Of a DNA stretch of 32,000 nucleotides, positions 18,426 to 26,217 are shown piece after piece. A model generated the notes under the pieces. The model saw nothing but the letters and a program-made list of their open reading frames with translations, was not told the DNA's origin and did no database searches. Each line of letters opens with the position of its first letter. Within the stretch, counting starts at the first letter, position 1. Origin of the DNA: Bellilinea caldifistulae (GTDB lineage: Bacteria; Chloroflexota; Anaerolineae; Anaerolineales; Anaerolineaceae); assembly GCF_001306055.1 (NCBI RefSeq), contig NZ_LGHJ01000024.1:63938-95937 (forward strand), written 5' to 3'. A program made the position numbers and the translations under genes.

Positions 18426-19988
18426 ATGCAAAAAGATCAAATACTGGCAATTGACAACGGGACGCAAAGCATCCGCGCGATGATCTTCGACCTGCAGGGT
18501 AACATGACTGCCAAAAACCGCGTCCCCATTCAGCCATATGTTTCGCCGGCGCCGGGATTTGCCGAACAGGATCCGCTTGTCTTCTGGCAGGGAGTTTGTC
18601 GCGCCTGTCAGGGTTTGTGGAAGCTGCCGGGCGTGCAGCGGGAAAGGATTGCCGGGGTAGCCCTGACCACTCAGCGTTCAACGGTGATCAATGTGGACCG
18701 GGAGGGAAAGCCCCTTCGTCCAGCAATTGTCTGGCTCGATCAGCGGCGTACCGAGGGGTTGAAGCCGGTGGGAGGGTTGTGGGGTCTGGTGTTTGGTCTG
18801 ACCGGCATGACCGAAACGGTCGCCTACCTGCAAGCCGAGGCTGAAGCCAACTGGCTGCGGGTTCACCAGCCGGAGATCTGGAAAAGCACCCATAAGTACC
18901 TGCTGCTTTCCGGCTATCTGACCTACCAACTGACCGGAAAATTTGTTGATTCGGTGGCCTGTCAGGTGGGGTATCTGCCCTTCGATTACAAGAGACAGTG
19001 CTGGGCTGGACCGCTGGACTGGAAATGGCAGGCCGTTCCGATGGATCCCGCCATTCTGCCGGATCTGGTACCGGCTGCCGGTGTCCTGGGCGAAATCACC
19101 TCGCACGCATCTGCCGAAACGGGCATCCCCGCCGGACTTCCGCTGATTGCTGCTGCGGCGGATAAAGCCTGCGAGGTGATCGGAGCGGGTTGTGTTCAGC
19201 CCCAGATTGCCTGTCTGAGTTACGGCACGACAGCCACCATCAATACCACTCACCGCCGCTATGTGGAGGCCATTCCGCTCATCCCGCCTTATCCCTCGGC
19301 GGTACCCGGAGCGTATACGCTGGAAATTCAAATTTATCGCGGCTTCTGGATGGTTTCGTGGTTCAAGCAGGAATTTGGGCTGCCTGAACAGCAGCAAGCC
19401 GAGATGCTGGGTGTGGAGCCGGAGGAATTGTTCGATCACCTGGTTGATCAGGTGCCGGCCGGTTCGCAGGGTTTGGTATTGCAGCCGTACTGGTCACCCG
19501 GCTTAAAAGTTCCGGGCCCGGAGGCGCGCGGGGCCGTGATTGGCTTTGGGGATGTGCACACCCGCGCTCATTTCTACCGCGCCATTCTGGAAGGGCTGGC
19601 TTACGCCTTGCGGGAGGGCAAAGAACGCACCGAGCAGCGGACGGGGGTCAAGATCAAAGAGCTGCGCGTGGCCGGCGGAGGCAGCCAGAGCCGTTGTGCC
19701 ATGCAAATCACCGCCGATGTGTTCGGCTTGCCGGTCTCGCGTCCGCATGTGTATGAAGCCTCCGGTCTGGGTGCGGCAATGGACGCGGCGGTCGGGCTGG
19801 GAATGTACCCGAATTTTGAAACGGCCGTTGCTCAGATGACCCGTACCGGCGATACGTTTGAACCCGATCCCAAAGTTCATGCACTTTACGATGAACTCTA
19901 TCGGGCCGTTTATAAAAACATGTACGCCCGCTTGCAACCGTTATATAATCAGATACGCAAAATTGTCAGACAGCATCCAATCACATAA
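18426..19988 (+). CDS. FGGY-family carbohydrate kinase (xylulokinase/glycerol-kinase-like; substrate not assignable)
   Basis: N-terminal [17 protein letters not shown] and C-terminal [25 protein letters not shown] are FGGY N- and C-domain signatures. GAGG lies 5 nt upstream of the ATG. Confidence 0.9.
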   Translation: MQKDQILAIDNGTQSIRAMIFDLQGNMTAKNRVPIQPYVSPAPGFAEQDPLVFWQGVCRACQGLWKLPGVQRERIAGVALTTQRSTVINVDREGKPLRPAIVWLDQRRTEGLKPVGGLWGLVFGLTGMTETVAYLQAEAEANWLRVHQPEIWKSTHKYLLLSGYLTYQLTGKFVDSVACQVGYLPFDYKRQCWAGPLDWKWQAVPMDPAILPDLVPAAGVLGEITSHASAETGIPAGLPLIAAAADKACEVIGAGCVQPQIACLSYGTTATINTTHRRYVEAIPLIPPYPSAVPGAYTLEIQIYRGFWMVSWFKQEFGLPEQQQAEMLGVEPEELFDHLVDQVPAGSQGLVLQPYWSPGLKVPGPEARGAVIGFGDVHTRAHFYRAILEGLAYALREGKERTEQRTGVKIKELRVAGGGSQSRCAMQITADVFGLPVSRPHVYEASGLGAAMDAAVGLGMYPNFETAVAQMTRTGDTFEPDPKVHALYDELYRAVYKNMYARLQPLYNQIRKIVRQHPIT

Positions 19989-19995
19989 CCGGAGC

Positions 19996-22422
19996 ATGGT
20001 AAGAAGGAAAGCATCTGTTTTCGTTTTATGGGTTATTCTTGCAGGGGGAGTTTTTGGGTTAGCGTTTTACCAGGCCGATTCACCGACGGCAAAGGCTTAT
20101 GCCCTTCCGCAAATGCAGGCAACGACCGCACCGCCGCAGAGGGATCAGTCCCGGCGGGTCTTACGGGTTGGCGGGGATCAAAGCTACCCGCCTTATGAAT
20201 ACCTCAATAACGGCGTCCCCACGGGTTTCAATGTGGACCTGATTCGTGCGGTGGCAGCCGAGATGGGGTATGAGGTGGAAATCACGCTTGGCCCGTGGAG
20301 CGAGGTGCGGCAGGGATTGCTGGACGGCAAGTACGACCTGCTGATGGGAATGGTGCCGACCAGTGAGCGCGAAAAAGATTACGATTTCAGCATCCCTTAC
20401 ACCTTCATTACCTTTGATCTGTTTGTTCCAACCCGTTCCTCTGTGCGTTCGCTTGAGGATCTCAAAGATCAAGCCATTGTTGTGCAGGCTGGCGGACTGA
20501 TGCAGGAATACCTGCGCGAGGAAGGGTTTCCGGGGGAAGTCATACTGGTGCAGGATATTGTCAACGCGCTGAGGCTGGTCAACGAGGAAGCCTATCCGGC
20601 GGCTTTGCTGAATCGTCTGCAAGGTCAGTTTCTCATCCGTGAACTGGGCCTGACCAACATTCGGCGGGTCGGTTTAGATGTGCAATCGCGAAAGTATTGC
20701 ATTGCCGTTCAGGACGGTAATAAAGAACTGCTTGCCGGCTTGAATGAGGGGTTGTATCTGGTCAGTTCCAGCGGCAAATTGGGCGAGATTCAAGAACAAT
20801 GGTTTGGCGTCTACGAACAGCCTCCCTCCGCGGGTTACCGCCCGTTATTGATTGGGCTGGCGGTTATCGGTGGAATGTTACTGATCACTGGTGGGTTGTC
20901 ATGGTCACTGAGCCGGCAGGTGGAAAAGCGCACCCGTGAGCTCAAGCAAAGCGAAGAAAAGTACCGCCTGCTGGTGGAAAATGCCAGCGAGGGAGTGGTG
21001 GTTTCCTGCGGAGATGAACTGGTGTTTGCCAACCGGGCTGCGGCAGCCATTACCGGATACCCCGTAGAGGAATTAATTGGAATCAAGATTGCCCAACTGG
21101 TTCACCCGGATGATTACCTGATGGTGATGGATCGTTACCGGCGCCGTCTGCGCGGCGAGGATGTCCCGGCTTATTATGCCTTTCGATTGGTCAACCGCGA
21201 ACGTCAGGTGCGTTGGGTTCAGGTTCACGCCGTGGTGATTGAATGGGACGGTAAACCGGCAACACTGGATATGTTTGTGGACATAACCGAGCAGCGTCGG
21301 GCTGAGGAACAGGTGCAGCGGCAATTGCGTCATCTGGCAGCGCTGCGGGCAGTGGATATGGCGATTACTGCCAGCCTTGACCTGACCAATACGCTTCGGG
21401 TGGTTTTAGAACAGGCCACCGTTCAAGCGGGGGCGGATGCAGCCAGTGTGCTGCTGCTGGAAGACGAATCGCAGGAACTGGTTTTTGCAGCCGGGCAGGG
21501 TTTTCGGCGCGGAGTGGACGGCCGCATCCGCGTCCGTTTGGGGGAGGGTTTTGCCGGGCAGGCAGCTCTGAAGCGCCGCGCGATTCGAGTGGCCAATTTT
21601 GACGCGGGCGGAGATTTGTTTTGGACGCCCGAGCGAATCCGCCAGGAGGGTTTTGTCTCATACCTCGGCTTGCCGCTGATTTCCAAAGATCAGGTCAAGG
21701 GCGTGCTGGAAATTTTTCACCGCAGCGAGTGGAACACGGATCCGGCCTGGATGAACTTTGTTGAAGCGCTTGCCGATCAGGCCGCCATTGCGATTGATAA
21801 CGCTCAATTACTCAAAAACCTCAAAACGGCCAATCAAGATCTGATACTGGCGTATGATGATACGATTACCGGCTGGGCGCGCGCTTTGGAATTGCGGGAC
21901 GGAAATACCGAGGGGCATTCTCAGCGGGTTGCCGAACTTGCCGTGGAACTGGCGGCGGCCATGGGACTGCGCGGCGATATCCTGACTCACATCCGCCGGG
22001 GAGCCATTCTCCATGATATTGGCAAAATGGCCATTCCCGACAGCATCCTCAAGAAGAGTTCCGGCTTAACCGATGAGGAATGGCAGGTCATGAAGATGCA
22101 CCCGGTCTACTCGTATAATCTGCTTTCCCAGATTGAATTCTTGCGGCCGGCGCTGGATATTCCCTACGCTCATCATGAACGCTGGGATGGGAGCGGCTAT
22201 CCACGCGGGTTGAAGGGCGAGGAGATTCCGCTGGCGGCGCGCATTTTTGCGGTGGTGGACGTGTGGGACGCCCTGACCGATGACCGCATGTACCGCCCGG
22301 CCTGGAAGCCCGAAGAAGCGCTGGCCTACATCCGCTCGTTGAGCGGGACTCAATTTGACCCGCGTGTGGTCGAGGCTTTTTGTGCGCTGATCGAAAAGCG
22401 CTTTCGGGCGGGCGCTGCGTGA
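19996..22422 (+). CDS. Receptor-type HD-GYP phosphodiesterase: periplasmic SBP_bac_3 domain, TM, PAS, GAF, HD-GYP
   Basis: The start is set at ATG 19996 (MVRRKASVFVLWVILAGG...), just after the FGGY stop; the ORF-track start 19858 overlaps that gene. SBP type-3 domain (LRVGGDQSYPPYEY...GFNVDLIRAV). Second TM (LLIGLAVIGGMLLITGG). PAS (LLVENASEGVVV). GAF (LEQATVQAGADAASVLLL...GFAGQAA). HD at 22012-22017 (HDIGKM) and HHERWDGSGYP with GYP at 22195-22203. Confidence 0.9.
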   Translation: MVRRKASVFVLWVILAGGVFGLAFYQADSPTAKAYALPQMQATTAPPQRDQSRRVLRVGGDQSYPPYEYLNNGVPTGFNVDLIRAVAAEMGYEVEITLGPWSEVRQGLLDGKYDLLMGMVPTSEREKDYDFSIPYTFITFDLFVPTRSSVRSLEDLKDQAIVVQAGGLMQEYLREEGFPGEVILVQDIVNALRLVNEEAYPAALLNRLQGQFLIRELGLTNIRRVGLDVQSRKYCIAVQDGNKELLAGLNEGLYLVSSSGKLGEIQEQWFGVYEQPPSAGYRPLLIGLAVIGGMLLITGGLSWSLSRQVEKRTRELKQSEEKYRLLVENASEGVVVSCGDELVFANRAAAAITGYPVEELIGIKIAQLVHPDDYLMVMDRYRRRLRGEDVPAYYAFRLVNRERQVRWVQVHAVVIEWDGKPATLDMFVDITEQRRAEEQVQRQLRHLAALRAVDMAITASLDLTNTLRVVLEQATVQAGADAASVLLLEDESQELVFAAGQGFRRGVDGRIRVRLGEGFAGQAALKRRAIRVANFDAGGDLFWTPERIRQEGFVSYLGLPLISKDQVKGVLEIFHRSEWNTDPAWMNFVEALADQAAIAIDNAQLLKNLKTANQDLILAYDDTITGWARALELRDGNTEGHSQRVAELAVELAAAMGLRGDILTHIRRGAILHDIGKMAIPDSILKKSSGLTDEEWQVMKMHPVYSYNLLSQIEFLRPALDIPYAHHERWDGSGYPRGLKGEEIPLAARIFAVVDVWDALTDDRMYRPAWKPEEALAYIRSLSGTQFDPRVVEAFCALIEKRFRAGAA

Positions 22423-23757
22423 TCAGGCAGCCTGTGCAGCCAGGCGATCCAGGTATTCTTTGATCTGCGGCACGCCGGTCAATTTTTCGTAGAAAAAGTT
22501 GTTGACCAGATTGATGACCTCATCACGAGCGGCTTCTGCCTGTGGTGAAAGTTCCTGCCCCGGCACTTCATTGCCCAGAATACTGCGCAGTTTGAGCAGC
22601 ATGCGCACGATTTCGGTTTCTTTTTCACCTTCCAGTACATCCACAACGGTAACAATCAGCCTGTCGGTTTCCGAAAGCAGGGTGTGGAGCGGCAGGCTGG
22701 AACCGGCGGTGAAAGTATCGTCAATGGTGCGGATCAATGACCAGACCTGATACAGAACGGTGGCGGGCTCGTCAAACAATTCACGCAGGTAGGCAGCCTC
22801 TTCGTATTTACCGGTCAGGCGGAAGATGTTGTACATGCGCTTGGCGGCTTTGCCGTAATTTGGCGAGGCAGTCACGTATTTGCGTACTTCTTTTTCCAGC
22901 GCGGCCACATAATCATCCAGTGCGTTGCTGTCCACCTGTTTGGCCAGTTTGGTGAAAATCGGGATGGATTCGGCATCCAGATAGACTTCCTGAAAGTAGG
23001 GGTCGAGATACCCGTCCAGCGGGGTGATCTTGCCGTCCGGGGCTTCCCAGGTCACGTCGAGCATGTTGCTGGCGTTGACAAGAGTCTGGTCAATTGGGTC
23101 GGCAATCACCCAGTCCAGCTTGCACCAGCCGGGATCGTGCGCGGCCTGTTCCCAGCCGATTTCAACCGGTTCGCCCTGGACAAAAGTATCTGAAAGCCGC
23201 CCGGCTTCAATCTCGGCTGGTGTCCAGGCAATGGGGCTGCCGGCTTTGTGCAGGCGTCCGTTGTGTTCTACATTCTGCGGGTAGGAGCCGAATTTGACCT
23301 CAATCAGTTGATAAGTGTCGCCGCGGGCTGTAGAGAGGGCTTTTTCGCGCATGATTTTTGCCAGCACACGGCAGGCTTCCTCGCGGGTGGGGGCTTTGAT
23401 GTTGACCCGCTCGAAGAAATCGGCATCGCCGGGGTAGGACTGGATGCGCGACTGGGCGGCCGAGCCGGAAAGCGCCAGGGCGGTCTCGACCAGTCCGGGG
23501 ACATCGGAAAATTCGACCAGTTTACCAACCCGCCGGAAGTAATCCAATCGCTCCGGGCTGAAATCCAACAGGGTGATGCGGTGTCCGAAAACGCCCTGCC
23601 GCACGTCTATGGCGACATCGTCTTCTTTTCGCATGGAGCCCATTGCAGCCAGCCACTGCAAGGCCTCGCTTTCATCCAGTTCAACACCCATGCGCCGGGC
23701 TGATTCGATGATCTTTTTCAGGTTCTGGCTGGCACTTTCGGAAATTGAGTCATTCAT
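22423..23757 (-). CDS. Uncharacterised protein with Pol-beta-fold nucleotidyltransferase signature (OAS/CD-NTase-like spacing) and helical C-terminal half
   Basis: 444-aa ORF. AAGGAG lies 8 nt upstream of ATG 23757, embedded in the end of the exonuclease gene. The motif LSGSAAQSRIQSYPGDADFFERV (23472..23404) matches hG[GS]-x11-D-h-D-h. Candidate third carboxylates are in KLDWVIAD or NMLDVTW. No other family motif recognised. Confidence that this is a real CDS is high; confidence in the NTase function is about 0.45. Confidence 0.8.
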   Translation of the reverse strand: MNDSISESASQNLKKIIESARRMGVELDESEALQWLAAMGSMRKEDDVAIDVRQGVFGHRITLLDFSPERLDYFRRVGKLVEFSDVPGLVETALALSGSAAQSRIQSYPGDADFFERVNIKAPTREEACRVLAKIMREKALSTARGDTYQLIEVKFGSYPQNVEHNGRLHKAGSPIAWTPAEIEAGRLSDTFVQGEPVEIGWEQAAHDPGWCKLDWVIADPIDQTLVNASNMLDVTWEAPDGKITPLDGYLDPYFQEVYLDAESIPIFTKLAKQVDSNALDDYVAALEKEVRKYVTASPNYGKAAKRMYNIFRLTGKYEEAAYLRELFDEPATVLYQVWSLIRTIDDTFTAGSSLPLHTLLSETDRLIVTVVDVLEGEKETEIVRMLLKLRSILGNEVPGQELSPQAEAARDEVINLVNNFFYEKLTGVPQIKEYLDRLAAQAA

Positions 23758-23762
23758 CGCTT

Positions 23763-24365
23763 TTACTCCTTGGCAGAAACAGGATTGGATTGATCTCTTT
23801 CAAGCATGGCCAGCATGTTTTCGAAGAGGACTGCCTGATCGAGCGCATCTTGCAGGGCGTTGTGGGTCAGGCCATCTGCCTGACGGAAGAGGCGGTGCAG
23901 GTGGCTGCCGGATGTTTTCTCCCACGGCTGTCCGCTCAGTCCCATGTAAAAGGCTTTGATGTCGAGCGCTTTGTGGCCGAAGGGGTTTCGGCCCAGGTAG
24001 CGGATGAAGTAGGTGTGGACAAACATCCAGTCAAAGGGGGCATTGAAAGCCAGAAAAATGGGTTTGTGGGAAGGCGGTACAACCTGATGAACCCAGGTTT
24101 CGAATTTCAACAGGGCTTGTTCGGGGGGCAGACCGTTTTGACGCAGCGTTTCCATGCTCAAACCATGGACAGCCGCGGCCTGCGGGTCAACTGCATCGCG
24201 ATCGGGCCGGAGTTCCACATAAAAGGTTTGACGGGGCTGCACAACCGTGCAGGCGCCGATGGAAAGCAGGGCAAATTGATCGGGGGTCGGGCCGGCGGTT
24301 TCCACATCTACGCTGATGTAGGCGGGCATTTCGGCGCGTATATCACTCAGGGATTGATTGTTCAT
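23763..24365 (-). CDS. DEDDh-type 3'-5' exonuclease (DnaQ/RNase T/Orn superfamily)
   Basis: Exo I YISVDVETAG (D at 24308..24306, E at 24302..24300). Exo II FLAFNAPFDWMF. Exo III HNALQDA (H at 23864..23862, D at 23849..23847). ATG 24365 is preferred. The ORF-track TTG at 24401 coincides with a -35 hexamer. The start is uncertain by 12 codons. Confidence 0.85.
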   Translation of the reverse strand: MNNQSLSDIRAEMPAYISVDVETAGPTPDQFALLSIGACTVVQPRQTFYVELRPDRDAVDPQAAAVHGLSMETLRQNGLPPEQALLKFETWVHQVVPPSHKPIFLAFNAPFDWMFVHTYFIRYLGRNPFGHKALDIKAFYMGLSGQPWEKTSGSHLHRLFRQADGLTHNALQDALDQAVLFENMLAMLERDQSNPVSAKE

Positions 24366-24372
24366 GTCTGTC

Positions 24373-24401
24373 AGTATAACCTCCTTGCCGGTTAAATTCA
24401 A
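24373..24401 (-). promoter_or_regulatory. Sigma70-type promoter of the exonuclease/NTase cassette, positioned for a leaderless transcript
   Basis: On the minus strand: -35 TTGAAT (24401..24396), 17-nt spacer, -10 TATACT (24378..24373), 7 nt, then ATG (24365..24363). Confidence 0.5.
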
Positions 24402-24528
24402 TCATCTGGATTGTGGATGCCATTTTTTGAACCCCCGGTTTGGGATGAATCATCCTGCGTCCCTAACAGCCTTGCGGGAGACCGCCACGCTCGCCAGGGC
24501 GTTTACAAATGTTATGGCAGGGGCATTG

Positions 24529-25440
24529 TTATTGTTGTACCGGGCTGGGGTTTTGCAAAGGGGCGTTTGTCGGTTTCTGGCGGCTGATGTTGACCAGATA
24601 AATCCCGCTCAGTACGATGATGCCGCCGATCCATTGGGGGGGCAGCAGCGCTTCACTGGCCAGCGGAATGGCCATCAGGGCGGTCAACACCGGCTGGGCG
24701 ATCATGGTCGGTGAAACCAGCGAGGCGGGTAAATGCCCGAGCGCGTAACCGACCGAGAAATAGCCGATCACCTGCGAAATCAATCCGGCGCCGAGGAAAG
24801 CCAGCAGGGTGGGGGTGGAATAACCCCACAACGGGTTGCCGAGCAACAGGTTGGCTGCCAGTAAAATCAGGCTGGCAACGACGGTTATGAGAAAGACATA
24901 GGTGAGGGTGGAAAAGCGGGCGCGTCCGCGCTGGGTGGTGAGGAAGTAGGCAGCGTAAAACAGACTGGAAAGCACGGCTAACAGGTTGCCCTGATTCAAC
25001 TGCGGGCGGGCGAGGAAGTCACTGCCCAGCACCAGCGCAGCCCCGCCAATTGCCATGACCAGCCCCAGCCAGAAGCGGGCCGAAAGACGCTCGCGCCAGA
25101 TCAAAAAGGCAACCAGCGCCACCCACAGCGGGGCCAGGTTGTTCATCAAGGTGGCGTTGGCGACCCGCGTAAAGTTGATGGCGGTTGCCCAGGTGGCATG
25201 ATCGAGGGCGGTAAACAGCCCGCCTAAGAGCGGCAGGAACAGCCAGCGCCGCTCAATCCGGCGGGCCGAGACCGGCTGACGGAGAAAAATCACCAGAAAT
25301 ACCAGTGAGGCTACCGCCATGCGATAAAACGAGGTCACCGCACCGGGGGCATCTGCCCAGCGCACAAACAGAGAGGACAGGCTGAGTGCCAGGATGCCGC
25401 TGACCAGCGCAAGGTAAGGGAGGATTTTCGGTTGATTCAC
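24529..25440 (-). CDS. DMT superfamily transporter (EamA family, two EamA repeats)
   Basis: About 10 TM helices with the duplicated EamA pattern. The start is set at GTG 25440, overlapping the HAD gene stop as GTGA (25437-25440). The ORF-track start 25470 would overlap by 34 nt. Confidence 0.85.
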   Translation of the reverse strand: MNQPKILPYLALVSGILALSLSSLFVRWADAPGAVTSFYRMAVASLVFLVIFLRQPVSARRIERRWLFLPLLGGLFTALDHATWATAINFTRVANATLMNNLAPLWVALVAFLIWRERLSARFWLGLVMAIGGAALVLGSDFLARPQLNQGNLLAVLSSLFYAAYFLTTQRGRARFSTLTYVFLITVVASLILLAANLLLGNPLWGYSTPTLLAFLGAGLISQVIGYFSVGYALGHLPASLVSPTMIAQPVLTALMAIPLASEALLPPQWIGGIIVLSGIYLVNISRQKPTNAPLQNPSPVQQ

Positions 25441-26198
25441 GCAGGAGAGTCCACAGAGGAGGATGACCACGCCGCCAGCAAGGGCGGGATTTCCGCCAGA
25501 CTGCTGACCACGGCGGATGGTTGAATGGTATCGAGATGGTCGCGGTTGTCGGGGGTGTCGGCCCGGCGGGTGATCCAGATGCTGCGCATGCCGATTTGAT
25601 GAGCGCCCAGAACATCGGCGCCCAGCGTATCGCCGACCATTACGGCTTGCGGCGGACTGACGCCGAAGAAATCCAGCGCCAGCCGGAAGATGCGCGGGTG
25701 AGGTTTGCGAATGCCGACCTCGGCGGAGATGAGAATCTGCTCGAAGTAATTACGCAGGGCGGCTTTATCCACCAGCGTGTGGACATCCAGCGCATCGCTG
25801 GCGTTGGAGATCAACCCCAGCCGGTAGCCCTGCTCCAGCAGGCGGGTGAGGGTGGGATGGGTGTCTTCTTCGACCCGCCAGTGAGCCTGAGTGGTGGCGT
25901 AGAAATCATCCAGGGCGCGGCGCAGCAAACTCGGGGAGATGCTGTTCAAGCCGCTTTCGGCCAGCAGATCCCGCAGGATACGCTGGGTGGTGTATTCGAT
26001 GAACTCCGTTTCGCGCTGACGGTAATACTCGAACATGCGCTGCTGAAAGCGGTTGGCAAATTCTTCGCGTGGCAGGTTCAGGCCGTGCTGGCGCAGGGTG
26101 TCGCATAAGGCGAGCGTGGCGCGCGGAATCACCTCCAGCCACGAGGCATCAAAATAAATCAGCGTGCTGCCGAGGTCAAACAGGACAACGCGAATCAT
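25437..26198 (-). CDS. HAD-superfamily hydrolase (subfamily IA-like)
   Basis: Motif I VVLFDLGSTLI (the second Asp is replaced, as in dehalogenase/phosphatase variants). Motif II LISNAS. Motif IV MVGDTLGADVLGA. Cap domain between motifs I and II. Confidence 0.85.
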   Translation of the reverse strand: MIRVVLFDLGSTLIYFDASWLEVIPRATLALCDTLRQHGLNLPREEFANRFQQRMFEYYRQRETEFIEYTTQRILRDLLAESGLNSISPSLLRRALDDFYATTQAHWRVEEDTHPTLTRLLEQGYRLGLISNASDALDVHTLVDKAALRNYFEQILISAEVGIRKPHPRIFRLALDFFGVSPPQAVMVGDTLGADVLGAHQIGMRSIWITRRADTPDNRDHLDTIQPSAVVSSLAEIPPLLAAWSSSSVDSPA

Positions 26199-26217
26199 AA
26201 GCGGGGACGATCGTTTC

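Noticed and set aside
22423-24401. Calling the exonuclease/NTase pair a canonical CBASS (or Pycsar, or retron) operon.
   Set aside because: No effector gene is adjacent (phospholipase, TM pore, endonuclease, TIR, SAVED), nor any Cap2/Cap3 or HORMA/TRIP13. There is no reverse transcriptase or structured ncRNA. The NTase assignment rests on one short motif. It is kept as a hypothesis in the findings, not as an annotation.
1128-26108. Other long alternative-frame or antisense ORFs in the track (for example 1128..1904+, 7396..8058-, 9828..10289+, 10798..11310-, 11875..12444-, 18678..19439-, 20161..20622-, 23248..23703+, 23745..24395+, 25521..26108+).
   Set aside because: Each lies wholly inside a gene with strong motif support in another frame or strand. 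The translations are low-complexity or Arg/Pro-rich with no domain signature.
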